DNA of 30,634 nucleotides, taken from IMG/VR virus record IMGVR_UViG_2563366824_000009, one strand, 5' to 3'. Made by a program: the position numbers and the translations under genes. The stretch's first letter is position 1. Each line of letters opens with the position of its first letter. Source of the DNA: a virus (taxonomy: Duplodnaviria > Heunggongvirae > Uroviricota > Caudoviricetes). This document shows positions 1 to 7,788 of this stretch, in pieces. The notes beneath the pieces are model-generated. The model saw only the letters and a program-made list of their open reading frames with translations. It made no database searches and was not told where the DNA came from.

Positions 1-172
1 AACACGAGCAAACAGATAAAAAAAGGGCCAGCCAATTGGCCAGCCCTTCTTAACAGGATGTCGCTTAAGCGAAACCTTAGTTAAGACGCTCCTATTAACA
101 CCCCACAACAAACAAATACTTACCATAAAAAACAACTAGTTAAAGTAATTTTTAATGCAGTGAATTGCAGTG

Positions 173-1222
173 TTATGCAACCTCTGCCGCCACATTGTCG
201 CCAACATACAGCGATAACGGATTGAGGGTTACAGCTTGTTCAAGGTGGTCAGGAGCAAAGTGCGCATACTTCATTGTTTCTCGAATATTGGCATGTCCGA
301 GAATTTTCTGCAGCACCAGTATATTCCCTCCGTTCATCATAAAATGCGCACCAAAAGTATGACGCAAAACGTGCGTCTTCTGCCCTTCCGTCAATTCAAT
401 ATTCGTTAGTTTGAGCATCTTTTTAAACTCCTGATAGCAGGGTTTAAACATTCTGCCTTGACGTACGGACAACTCGTCGTACAGCCATTTAGGAATAGGA
501 ACTGTGCGATTCTTCTTACCTTTGGTTTTGGTGAACGTTAGTTTATATGGAGAAAGTTGAGGTCGGGTCAATCTCTCCGCTTCCCCCCATCGAGCCCCGG
601 TTGCAAGGCACACCTTAACAATCATGGTGAGGTCTTCTTTGCCGTATTGCTCGCAGGCTCGAAACAGCTCCGGGAGCTGAGACAAAGTTAGCCAGGACAT
701 TTCTTTCTCAGCTTCTTTGAATACTCGGATCCCATCAAGTGGATTGGGTAGGCTCCACTCCCCTAACCGGCGGAGCTCATTAAACACTGCTTCTAGGTAT
801 TGTTGTTCGCGATTGACGGTTATAGGTTTGGCGATCCATTTCGAGGGGTCTTTATGATAACCATTGTCTATTTCACCACGTAATCGACGGTCACGATAAT
901 GAGCCCAGTCTTTCGCGGTAAGGCGAGATGCAATCGGGTCGCCAAGTCCATTACATACGATTTGAAGCTTTGCAAACCTCGACTTACTGGCGACTAACGC
1001 TTGACCGTGCAAATTGTGCCAAAGCTGAATAATCTCGCTTAAGCGTCGGCGGTCTTCTTTCTTGCCGAGCCACGGCTTATCTTCACTCTCGCTTTTGGTA
1101 AATGCTTCAAATGCCTCGGCCTCACCTTTGGTATTGAATTGCCGACGTATACGCCGCCCTTCTCGACCATTTGGATAGAGTTCACACAACCATTTTCCAC
1201 TTTTTTGTTTACTTACAGTCAT
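173..1222 (-). CDS. int: Tyrosine integrase (P2/186 type)
   Basis: 349 aa; C-terminal tyrosine-recombinase motifs in translation (HVLRHTFGAHF ... LGHANIRETMKYAHF); position at prophage edge next to repressor. Confidence 0.9.
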   Translation of the reverse strand: MTVSKQKSGKWLCELYPNGREGRRIRRQFNTKGEAEAFEAFTKSESEDKPWLGKKEDRRRLSEIIQLWHNLHGQALVASKSRFAKLQIVCNGLGDPIASRLTAKDWAHYRDRRLRGEIDNGYHKDPSKWIAKPITVNREQQYLEAVFNELRRLGEWSLPNPLDGIRVFKEAEKEMSWLTLSQLPELFRACEQYGKEDLTMIVKVCLATGARWGEAERLTRPQLSPYKLTFTKTKGKKNRTVPIPKWLYDELSVRQGRMFKPCYQEFKKMLKLTNIELTEGQKTHVLRHTFGAHFMMNGGNILVLQKILGHANIRETMKYAHFAPDHLEQAVTLNPLSLYVGDNVAAEVA

Positions 1223-1246
1223 TGCGATACCGAGGCTAAAAGAAAA

Positions 1247-1585
1247 TTAATTACAAAGGGCTGTAGCGGCATCAATCACCGGTGAAATTGAAATTTTAAC
1301 GCCGTCATACTCAGGGTCATCCTTCCATACGTCATCTAAGTTAGACCCCTCCAGCTTTCCTGATTTAACAGCATCTACCGCCATGCCATTCAGAGGATAT
1401 CTATCATCAGTTTTGATGTCATACACAAAAGCATAAGCACGGTTAACACATGATACCTTTGCCTTTTCAAAGGTTAGAGGCCACTTGTCACCATATGCAG
1501 CGCCGTCTATCTCTTTAAACTTCTCAGCGGCTATGACTGAGGAAGAAAGTGCAATGCAGACTATCGCAAATATAAACTTTTTCAT
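1247..1585 (-). CDS. Secreted small protein (signal peptide, two Cys), possibly DUF2511/YebY-like; cargo (moron) gene
   Basis: 112 aa; N-terminal MKKFIFAIVCIALSSSVIAAEK looks like a Sec signal peptide; WPLTF...VSCV...YPLNG...ALC pattern; local sequence visibly AT-richer than flanks. Confidence 0.6.
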   Translation of the reverse strand: MKKFIFAIVCIALSSSVIAAEKFKEIDGAAYGDKWPLTFEKAKVSCVNRAYAFVYDIKTDDRYPLNGMAVDAVKSGKLEGSNLDDVWKDDPEYDGVKISISPVIDAATALCN

Positions 1586-1594
1586 TACTGCTCC

Positions 1595-2440
1595 TTAAAC
1601 ATGCTTTTCCAAAGTAAAAATAACCGCACCTGATGGTGTGATATCTGAAATATTACATTCAAACTCAGCAGACTTATTTGATAACCTGACCTTTCCGCCT
1701 GGCAACCTGATTACGTCAAAAACATCGAGTGCGCCATCAATACCAATAAGCCAGCGACCATTTCCTATCTTCGAGTTAGAACTATCAACAAGCCAAGATG
1801 TGCTCACACCATCAATAAACACTAAATCATCAGTATTTGATGGAACCATAGATATATCAGGAGTCCAGCGTCCGATATCTTTGAGTTCGCCCGCCTCGAG
1901 GCGGCACTTTCTAATCGTTAAAGCATTTGCCGGTTCACCATCATTACTGTTACGCATCTGGCCTTTTCCGGTTGATAACCATTCTAACGATACGCCAGTA
2001 TCAAGGGCGCAAGTGACAACCACGTCACCGGGGAAAAAATCGCGTCTAACCCAAGTGCTTATAGTGCCGGAAGATATGCCTAATAAATCTCCAAGCTCTT
2101 TTTGCAGAGTAAAACCATACGCATCGAGAATCCGACGCAGAACCGCCCTCCCTCCATTTGCCATGATTTCATCATAGAGTTGCTTACCTTTAAGCTTAGT
2201 TTTCACCACTTCAAATCTTGCATTTGCAAGCTCACCATTAATTAGCCATCGCAGGTCAGCTCCAGTATCAAGAGCACACTCAACGAAAACGTTGCTAGGG
2301 ATTACGTTTCTAGCAAGCCAGCTACTCACGTTGTTTGCATGTATGCCAAGCCTTTCGGCTAGTTCCTTTTGCTGCTTAAAGCCGTATGCAGAAAGGACAC
2401 GTTCCAATGCGGCAGACGCATTAACATCATTTTTAGACAT
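1595..2440 (-). CDS. Immunity repressor: tandem 186-CI-type HTH domains plus C-terminal S24 (LexA/CI-like) domain
   Basis: Start placed at ATG 2440 (MSKNDV...), not the ORF-track start at 2629; two internally repeated HTH modules (LERVLSAYGFKQQKELAERLGI... and LRRILDAYGFTLQKELGDLLGI...); C-terminus with DISMVP ... GKVRL resembling LexA Ser/Lys region. Confidence 0.7.
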   Translation of the reverse strand: MSKNDVNASAALERVLSAYGFKQQKELAERLGIHANNVSSWLARNVIPSNVFVECALDTGADLRWLINGELANARFEVVKTKLKGKQLYDEIMANGGRAVLRRILDAYGFTLQKELGDLLGISSGTISTWVRRDFFPGDVVVTCALDTGVSLEWLSTGKGQMRNSNDGEPANALTIRKCRLEAGELKDIGRWTPDISMVPSNTDDLVFIDGVSTSWLVDSSNSKIGNGRWLIGIDGALDVFDVIRLPGGKVRLSNKSAEFECNISDITPSGAVIFTLEKHV

Positions 2441-2461
2441 ATGACACCAACAATAATTTTG

Positions 2462-2490
2462 TTTACAACCAAAATTTAGCGATCTATATT
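2462..2490 (+). promoter_or_regulatory. Putative sigma70 early (lytic) promoter: TTTACA - 17 nt - TATATT
   Basis: -35 TTTACA at 2462..2467, 17-nt spacer, -10 TATATT at 2485..2490, upstream of the Cox-position gene; in switch region between repressor and early operon. Confidence 0.45.
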
Positions 2491-2553
2491 GGTGCTCATC
2501 GACCAAGATGCACACCACTGCACTACATTTCAAACAACAGGAGATAATGCGAT

Positions 2554-2925
2554 ATGTCAGATGCAAAATCAATCTCGACGAATGATTCGCAAAACTCACA
2601 AAATCAAACTGTGCTGTTAGATCCAACACAGTTTGATGCCATCGTTACCGCCATGCTGCCAGCTCTCCAGACAATGATTCGCTCCGCTATGTCAGACACG
2701 ATGACTGTGAAAGACTTCGCCGCTACTCGCGGTGTTAGCGAGCGTCTGGTCTGGCAATGGCTCGATGAGGGAGTCCTTCTCAAAGCTCCGACCAAAGACT
2801 TTTCCAACAAAGAGGAAGCTGCTAAACGAAGCCGAACCCTCGTAAACGTAAAAGCATGGCGCGATAAGCTGACTCAACAAGCGATTGATTGTCGCTACAT
2901 CGACCAGCGCACCGCTCTTAACTGA
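2554..2925 (+). CDS. Excisionase-family HTH DNA-binding protein in Cox/Apl position
   Basis: 123 aa; AGGAGA SD 9 nt upstream; HTH-like segment MTVKDFAATRGVSERLVWQWLDEG; first gene of rightward early operon opposite the repressor. Confidence 0.55.
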   Translation: MSDAKSISTNDSQNSQNQTVLLDPTQFDAIVTAMLPALQTMIRSAMSDTMTVKDFAATRGVSERLVWQWLDEGVLLKAPTKDFSNKEEAAKRSRTLVNVKAWRDKLTQQAIDCRYIDQRTALN

Positions 2926-2957
2926 ATTTGATTATGCAAGTTAGAGGGAATTTAACC

Positions 2958-3467
2958 ATGTTTGATTTTCAGGTTTCCAAACATCCCCACTATGACGAAG
3001 CATGCCGCATTTTCGCACAGCGTCACAACATGGCGAAGCTGGCCGAGCGTGCAGGTATGAACGTTCAAACGTTACGTAACAAGCTCAACCCGGAACAGCC
3101 TCACCAGTTCACGCCACCTGAATTGTGGCTGCTGACTGACCTGACCGAAGACTCAACCCTCATTGATGGTTTTTTAGCGCAGATTCACTGCCTACCATGC
3201 GTGCCGGTTAATGAGTTGGCTAAAGACAAATTGCAGTCTTATGTCATGCGCGCAATGCGTGAACTCGGCGAACTGGCGAGCGGCGCGGTATCTGATGAGC
3301 GTCTGACCACTGCCCGTAAGCACAACATGATTGAAAGCGTTAACTCTGGTATTCGCATGTTGTCATTGTCGGCTCTGGCACTGCATGCACGTCTGCAGAC
3401 TAATCCTGCAATGTCGAGCGTGGTCGATACCATGAGCGGTATTGGCGCATCGTTTGGTCTGATTTGA
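2958..3467 (+). CDS. cII: Phage CII-family regulatory protein (186 CII-like)
   Basis: Start at ATG 2958 (MFDFQVSKHPHYDEACRIF...) with GAGGGAA SD; sequence recalled as close to 186 CII; position after Cox/Apl gene. Confidence 0.7.
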   Translation: MFDFQVSKHPHYDEACRIFAQRHNMAKLAERAGMNVQTLRNKLNPEQPHQFTPPELWLLTDLTEDSTLIDGFLAQIHCLPCVPVNELAKDKLQSYVMRAMRELGELASGAVSDERLTTARKHNMIESVNSGIRMLSLSALALHARLQTNPAMSSVVDTMSGIGASFGLI

Positions 3468-3474
3468 GGTGCGT

Positions 3475-3675
3475 ATGCTGAAAAGTGAACCGTCATTCGC
3501 GTCTCTGCTCGTTAAGCAAAGTCCCGGCATGCACTACGGCCACGGCTGGATCGCAGGTAAGGACGGCAAGCGCTGGCACCCGAGCCACTCGCAGGCTGAT
3601 TTACTGGCTGGCCTCTCTACTCAAAAGCGGGGGGGATCATGGCTATCGAAGCTGTTTCCGCGACTGTTCCGCTAA
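3475..3675 (+). CDS. Hypothetical small protein (Fil/Dhr region of 186-like early operon)
   Basis: 66 aa from ATG 3475, GAGG SD at 3466..3469; overlaps next ORF start. Confidence 0.4.
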   Translation: MLKSEPSFASLLVKQSPGMHYGHGWIAGKDGKRWHPSHSQADLLAGLSTQKRGGSWLSKLFPRLFR

Positions 3676-3977
3676 AAGCGGGTGAACGTCTGGCCGGTCT
3701 CAATCATGTTGCCGAATTGCGCGCGAGATATTGGGGCGATAGCTGGAAAGAGGTTGAACGTTTTGTCGATGATATGCGCGATAAACGTGACCCACAATTT
3801 GAAGAAAATAATCGGGCGCTGGCCGCTATTTTCTTTCTGGCAAAAATACCGGCGGCTCGTCATGAACTCGAATTAAGTGAGCTGACTACTGACGAGAAAA
3901 AGGCGCTTATTACAGCGATGAATCATTTTCGTGCAGTAGTGAGCTTATTTCCCAAACGGCTAACCATGCCGAATTAA
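3639..3977 (+). CDS. Hypothetical early-operon protein
   Basis: 112 aa; G-rich SD immediately upstream; no recognisable motif. Confidence 0.5.
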   Translation: MAIEAVSATVPLKAGERLAGLNHVAELRARYWGDSWKEVERFVDDMRDKRDPQFEENNRALAAIFFLAKIPAARHELELSELTTDEKKALITAMNHFRAVVSLFPKRLTMPN

Positions 3978-4044
3978 TCCAAACAGAAATTTAATGGCGT
4001 AAACCCGCCGGGCATCTTATTGCCCGAAATCAGGAGAGTTAATT

Positions 4045-4272
4045 ATGCGTAATACCGAAATCCGTAGTTTTAACACTGATAGCGATGCGCTGGCCGTATT
4101 GCTGACCGATGCAAAAAAAGAAGAGCGTAAAGACCGCGCGCTCGCTGTTTCCATCCGCCTTGAGGCGCTGGCTATCCATATTACCAGAGAGGGAATGAGC
4201 GGCACCGAAGCTGCCGAACTGCTGCGCCGTGAAGCAACCCGCTTTGAGAATGAATCACAGGAGCTGCACTAA
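4045..4272 (+). CDS. Hypothetical early-operon protein
   Basis: 75 aa; AGGAGAG SD at 4031..4037. Confidence 0.5.
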   Translation: MRNTEIRSFNTDSDALAVLLTDAKKEERKDRALAVSIRLEALAIHITREGMSGTEAAELLRREATRFENESQELH

Positions 4273-4493
4273 TGGCCGACGCAATGGATTTAGCACAACT
4301 GCGCGAGCAGGAAGACCGCGAACGCCACATCAGCAATGCACGCACCCGTATCGCTGCACCTTCCCGTTTTCTTTGCGAGGAATGTGACGCACCAATCCCG
4401 GAAGCTCGCCGCATTGCGATTCCGGGCGTGGCTTTTTGCGTAACCTGCCAGCAAATCGCAGAGCTAAAAAACAAACACTATCGGGGGGTATAA
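4272..4493 (+). CDS. TraR/DksA-family C4 zinc-finger protein (P2 orf82-like)
   Basis: 73 aa; CEEC-x17-CVTC four-cysteine motif; immediately upstream of replication gene A. Confidence 0.75.
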   Translation: MADAMDLAQLREQEDRERHISNARTRIAAPSRFLCEECDAPIPEARRIAIPGVAFCVTCQQIAELKNKHYRGV

Positions 4494-4494
4494 A

Positions 4495-6717
4495 TTGGCT
4501 GTTCAATTCGCTTATCCGTGGAACGTCCCACGGTCGGCAATCTCCAGCCCATACCTTACTTATGAGCAACAGCATCGCCGCGACCGTATGTTCGCGGCTT
4601 TGCTGCATGCGAAAAAGGTGCTTTCTCTCCAGCCCGACTGCGTGCGGTTAGATGTTTATCGCACTGCTGCGGTGCTGGAGCAAAATCAGGGTAGTCAACG
4701 AGCCAATGCATTTTTAATCAGCTTCTGCAAAAAGGCATTGCCGCGTCTTGAACTGGTCGCAAAAAAATACGAATGCGCTGGTATCAACAGCAAGGTATCA
4801 ACCGCTGTTTTTGGAAGTCATTTTGATACTCAGCAAATGCAATATCTGTCGTCACGCATGGTTAATATGGTCGCCCGATATAACCGTCTCCCGGACATGT
4901 CGCGCGCTGATGTTGACCTGTTGGCCGCTGATATTGCTAATTTCATTCGTGGTGAACTTGCCAACATTAATGACCACGGATTCGGCGAGCTTAAAACGCT
5001 GTACACCTGGTATATTCGTGCTGGCTTTATTTCCCTCCAATTCAACGTTATCCCACCACATTGGGAGCGGGTTGAAAAAAAATATGTCGGTGCGGATGAA
5101 ATCGCACCGGCTATCGCCAAAATGTTTAACGATGGGTGGTGGCGCGGTCGTTTGCGCCGTGTTGCAGCTACGTGGCGCGAACACCTGCAAATTGCAGTCG
5201 GCAACGTCAGTAAGAAAAAAAACACTTACGCGAGTAAAAACTGCGTGACTGACTGGCGTGAACAAAAGCGCCGCACTCGTGAATTTCTCAAAGGTCTGGA
5301 TCTCGAAGACGAAGACGGCAACCGTATCAGCCTAATTGAAAAATATGATGGCTCAGTTGCTAACCCTGCGATTCGCCGCTGTGAGCTCATGACCCGCATT
5401 CGTGGGTTTGAAAACATCTGTAATGAGCTCGGTTATGTCGGTGAGTTTTACACTCTAACCGCGCCGTCAAAATATCACGCCACGACTAAAGCCGGTTACC
5501 GTAACAGCAAATGGAGCGGTGCCAGCCCGGCTGACACGCAAAACTATCTAACCGGTATCTGGGCGCGTATCCGTGCCAAACTACATCGGGAAGATGTCCG
5601 TATTTTCGGTATTCGTGTCGCCGAGCCCCATCACGACGGCACTCCACACTGGCACATGCTGATGTTCATGCTGCCGGAAGATGTTGAATATGTTCGCTCC
5701 ATCGTCCGTAAATACGCATGGAAAGAAGACCGCCACGAACTGAAAAGCGATAAATCCAAAAAAGCACGTTTCCACGCCGAGTCCATTGACCCGGAGAAAG
5801 GCAGCGCAACCGGCTATGTTGCTAAATACATTTCAAAAAATATCGACGGTTATGCTCTCGATGATGAAACCGATGATGAAAGCGGTGAGCTGCTGAAAGA
5901 GACAGCCCCCGCCGTTTCAGCATGGGCTGCGCGCTGGCACATCCGTCAGTTTCAGTTTATTGGTGGTGCGCCGGTGACGGTTTACCGTGAGTTGCGTCGC
6001 CTCGCTGATACCGAAACCGCGCACGGTCTGAGCGTTGAGTTTGCCGCCGTCCATGATGCCGCCGACGCTGGTGACTGGGCTGGTTATGTTAATGCTCAGG
6101 GTGGGCCGTTTGTCCGTCGCGATGATTTACAGGTGCGCACACTGTATGAACCGCGTACCGAGCTTAATCAGTACGGTGAGGAAACGGTATGTATTAAGGG
6201 GGTCTACGATTCCTCCATAGGTGCAGGAAGCCCGATTTTAACCCGGCTCACTCAGTGGAAGATTGTTCCGAAGCGTGCTGTTGATTTGGCCGTTGACCTT
6301 CAGGACGGCAAAGCCGTCCCTCGGAGTTCTGTCAATAACTGTACGGGAAGCGAAAGCGATCCACCGATACTGGATTTAACAAAACCACTGAGTCGGCGTG
6401 AAAGACGAGAATTAACCAACCGACTCAGGAAGCAAAAGCCAGCAGCACGGCGAAAATTCATCCACGGAACGGATGAGCAAAACGCAGCTATAGCTAAAAC
6501 TATCGATGAGATACATCTGACAACCGGCATTAATATCAGCCGGGGCGAAGCCCTGCACCTGATGGCCGGTGGTAAAAGTTGTTTTGATGGTAAATGGCTA
6601 CGCGGAACGGCCAAAGGAGAAATATTTTCCGCAGCACCATCGCATGAGGCTAAAGCTCGGAAAATCCTTAATCGTGTTGCGGCGATGGCTGAAGCATCAA
6701 AACCAATACATGAGTAA
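4495..6717 (+). CDS. A: Rolling-circle replication initiator endonuclease (P2 gpA family)
   Basis: 740 aa; TTG start preceded by GGGGGG SD; HUH-like PHWHMLMF and paired tyrosines in YVAKYISKNIDGY. Confidence 0.9.
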   Translation: MAVQFAYPWNVPRSAISSPYLTYEQQHRRDRMFAALLHAKKVLSLQPDCVRLDVYRTAAVLEQNQGSQRANAFLISFCKKALPRLELVAKKYECAGINSKVSTAVFGSHFDTQQMQYLSSRMVNMVARYNRLPDMSRADVDLLAADIANFIRGELANINDHGFGELKTLYTWYIRAGFISLQFNVIPPHWERVEKKYVGADEIAPAIAKMFNDGWWRGRLRRVAATWREHLQIAVGNVSKKKNTYASKNCVTDWREQKRRTREFLKGLDLEDEDGNRISLIEKYDGSVANPAIRRCELMTRIRGFENICNELGYVGEFYTLTAPSKYHATTKAGYRNSKWSGASPADTQNYLTGIWARIRAKLHREDVRIFGIRVAEPHHDGTPHWHMLMFMLPEDVEYVRSIVRKYAWKEDRHELKSDKSKKARFHAESIDPEKGSATGYVAKYISKNIDGYALDDETDDESGELLKETAPAVSAWAARWHIRQFQFIGGAPVTVYRELRRLADTETAHGLSVEFAAVHDAADAGDWAGYVNAQGGPFVRRDDLQVRTLYEPRTELNQYGEETVCIKGVYDSSIGAGSPILTRLTQWKIVPKRAVDLAVDLQDGKAVPRSSVNNCTGSESDPPILDLTKPLSRRERRELTNRLRKQKPAARRKFIHGTDEQNAAIAKTIDEIHLTTGINISRGEALHLMAGGKSCFDGKWLRGTAKGEIFSAAPSHEAKARKILNRVAAMAEASKPIHE

Positions 6718-6791
6718 TTCATATCCATATCATGCACATACAGCAATCGCTCTATTCGTTTTTTTTCTTCCCATCTTTTGCCAATACATGC

Positions 6792-6811
6792 TACTGTATA
6801 AATATACAGTA
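6792..6811. promoter_or_regulatory. LexA box (SOS operator) TACTGTATAAATATACAGTA
   Basis: Palindromic CTGT-N8-ACAG match; candidate -35 TTGCCA at 6778..6783 places the box over the -10 region; 20 nt upstream of ORF 6831. Confidence 0.7.
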
Positions 6812-6830
6812 ACCCTATGGGAGGGATTTC

Positions 6831-7013
6831 ATGGTTGGCGAACATTTCAGCCGAACGCAGCAAAAGTGGGCTTGTGTGCAATTTATTGCCGAGGTATCTC
6901 TGATTGCAAACTGCAAGCCATCAGACTTAAAGCTCGCGCTCACTCTCATTGCAGACCTAGCAAACAGCGAAAATAACGAAACCGAAGATGATAATTTTTA
7001 TAAGGCTGATTAG
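6831..7013 (+). CDS. N-terminal part of Tum-like SOS-induced gene (60 aa), ends at in-frame TAG
   Basis: GGGAGG SD 6 nt upstream of ATG; in the same reading frame as the DinI-like ORF, separated only by TAG plus one codon. Confidence 0.45.
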   Translation: MVGEHFSRTQQKWACVQFIAEVSLIANCKPSDLKLALTLIADLANSENNETEDDNFYKAD

Positions 7014-7016
7014 ATT

Positions 7017-7250
7017 ATGAGAATCAATATCACGTTGGATAAAGAGCAAAAAATTAGTCAGGCAACATTGGATGCACTTGAGGCTGAACTGTACCGCAAT
7101 CTTCAACCTATTTACCCAAAGACTGCTATCCGAATTCGCAAGGGCTCCGCTAATGGCGTTGAACTAAGCGGTTTGAAACTGGACGAAGATAAAAAACGAG
7201 TAATGGAAATCATGCAGCAGGTATGGGAGGACGATAGCTGGCTGCATTAA
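7017..7250 (+). CDS. DinI-family protein (DinI-like domain as in 186 Tum C-terminus)
   Basis: 77 aa; MRINITLDKEQ...DALEAELYRNLQ...RIRKGSANGVELSGLKLDEDKKRVMEIMQQVWEDDSW matches DinI family pattern and length. Confidence 0.85.
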   Translation: MRINITLDKEQKISQATLDALEAELYRNLQPIYPKTAIRIRKGSANGVELSGLKLDEDKKRVMEIMQQVWEDDSWLH

Positions 7251-7252
7251 CA

Positions 7253-7321
7253 AACGCCGCCGGTGCTGAAACTTGCTTTCAGTGCTGGCGGGGTTGAACA
7301 ACTCGCACCGCGAGGCGCTAG
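7253..7321 (+). repeat. Copy 1 of 69-nt structured 3' element (15-bp stem, loop CTTGC at 7257..7291)
   Basis: Begins 2 nt after the DinI-like stop; about 85 percent identical to copy 2; stem pairs fully only as plus-strand RNA (uses G-U pairs). Confidence 0.6.
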
Positions 7322-7445
7322 TTCTTCCTCTCAAAGTTTCTCGATGTTTTATTGGTTACACACCAGTGATGAATGGGACGTTACCTTAGCGGGTTTTATA
7401 GTGGCGCTGTGGCAGCACTAAATAAAATTCATTGAGGGCGATAAT

Positions 7446-7655
7446 ATGCATCGACTACCGGGCGAAATTCCGCAGCACAAAACTAAAAGCATCAAACTGA
7501 TGGCCATCGTTCATCGTCTGCAGCAGATAATGGTCAATGAGAATTTGACACCCGCCGAGCTGGTCGGGTGTGCCGAAATAGTCAGGGATAATTACGGCAA
7601 GCTGGATAGCATCAGCAAGCCGACACATTACTCACCGCCACCACGTCGACCATAG
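7446..7655 (+). CDS. Hypothetical small protein (variable region)
   Basis: 69 aa; GAGGG SD 5-6 nt upstream; followed directly by repeat copy 2. Confidence 0.45.
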   Translation: MHRLPGEIPQHKTKSIKLMAIVHRLQQIMVNENLTPAELVGCAEIVRDNYGKLDSISKPTHYSPPPRRP

Positions 7656-7657
7656 AT

Positions 7658-7726
7658 AACGCCGCCGGAGTTGAAACTCGCTTTCAGGTCTGGCGGGGTT
7701 GAACAACGAGCTACGCGAGGCGTTAG
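7658..7726 (+). repeat. Copy 2 of 69-nt structured 3' element (stem-loop 7662..7696)
   Basis: Begins 2 nt after the stop of ORF 7446..7655; compensatory substitutions relative to copy 1 preserve pairing. Confidence 0.6.
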
Positions 7727-7788
7727 CCGGTCATAGCGTCGCAAATACTTCAACCGTCTGCTGGTTAAATAATTCGAGGTTTTTGGAC

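Noticed and set aside
1-172. tRNA or tmRNA attachment target and att core at the left edge
   Set aside because: No tRNA-like cloverleaf or tmRNA 3' end recognisable; a near-palindrome (GGGCCAGCCAATTGGCCAGCCC at about 26..47, A-run before and T-rich after) looks like a host-gene terminator; the att core cannot be defined without the right end of the prophage.
1595-2629. ORF-track 344-aa version of the repressor starting at 2629
   Set aside because: The upstream 63 codons are Cys-rich junk that reads through the switch region and overlaps the divergent early gene; the ATG at 2440 (MSKNDV...) begins the recognisable HTH domain.
4748-5265. Alternative-frame ORFs inside replication gene A (both strands)
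   Set aside because: Embedded in a gene with clear catalytic motifs in the main frame; no independent signals.
6300-6881. 193-aa minus-strand ORF spanning the end of A and the SOS-box region
   Set aside because: Antisense to A and to the SD-supported ORF at 6831; would run through the LexA box and promoter; junk-like translation.
7253-7726. CRISPR array or retron msr/msd explanation for the paired repeats
   Set aside because: Only two copies, 69 nt long, separated by about 340 nt that contain a gene; no cas genes and no reverse transcriptase ORF anywhere in the window.
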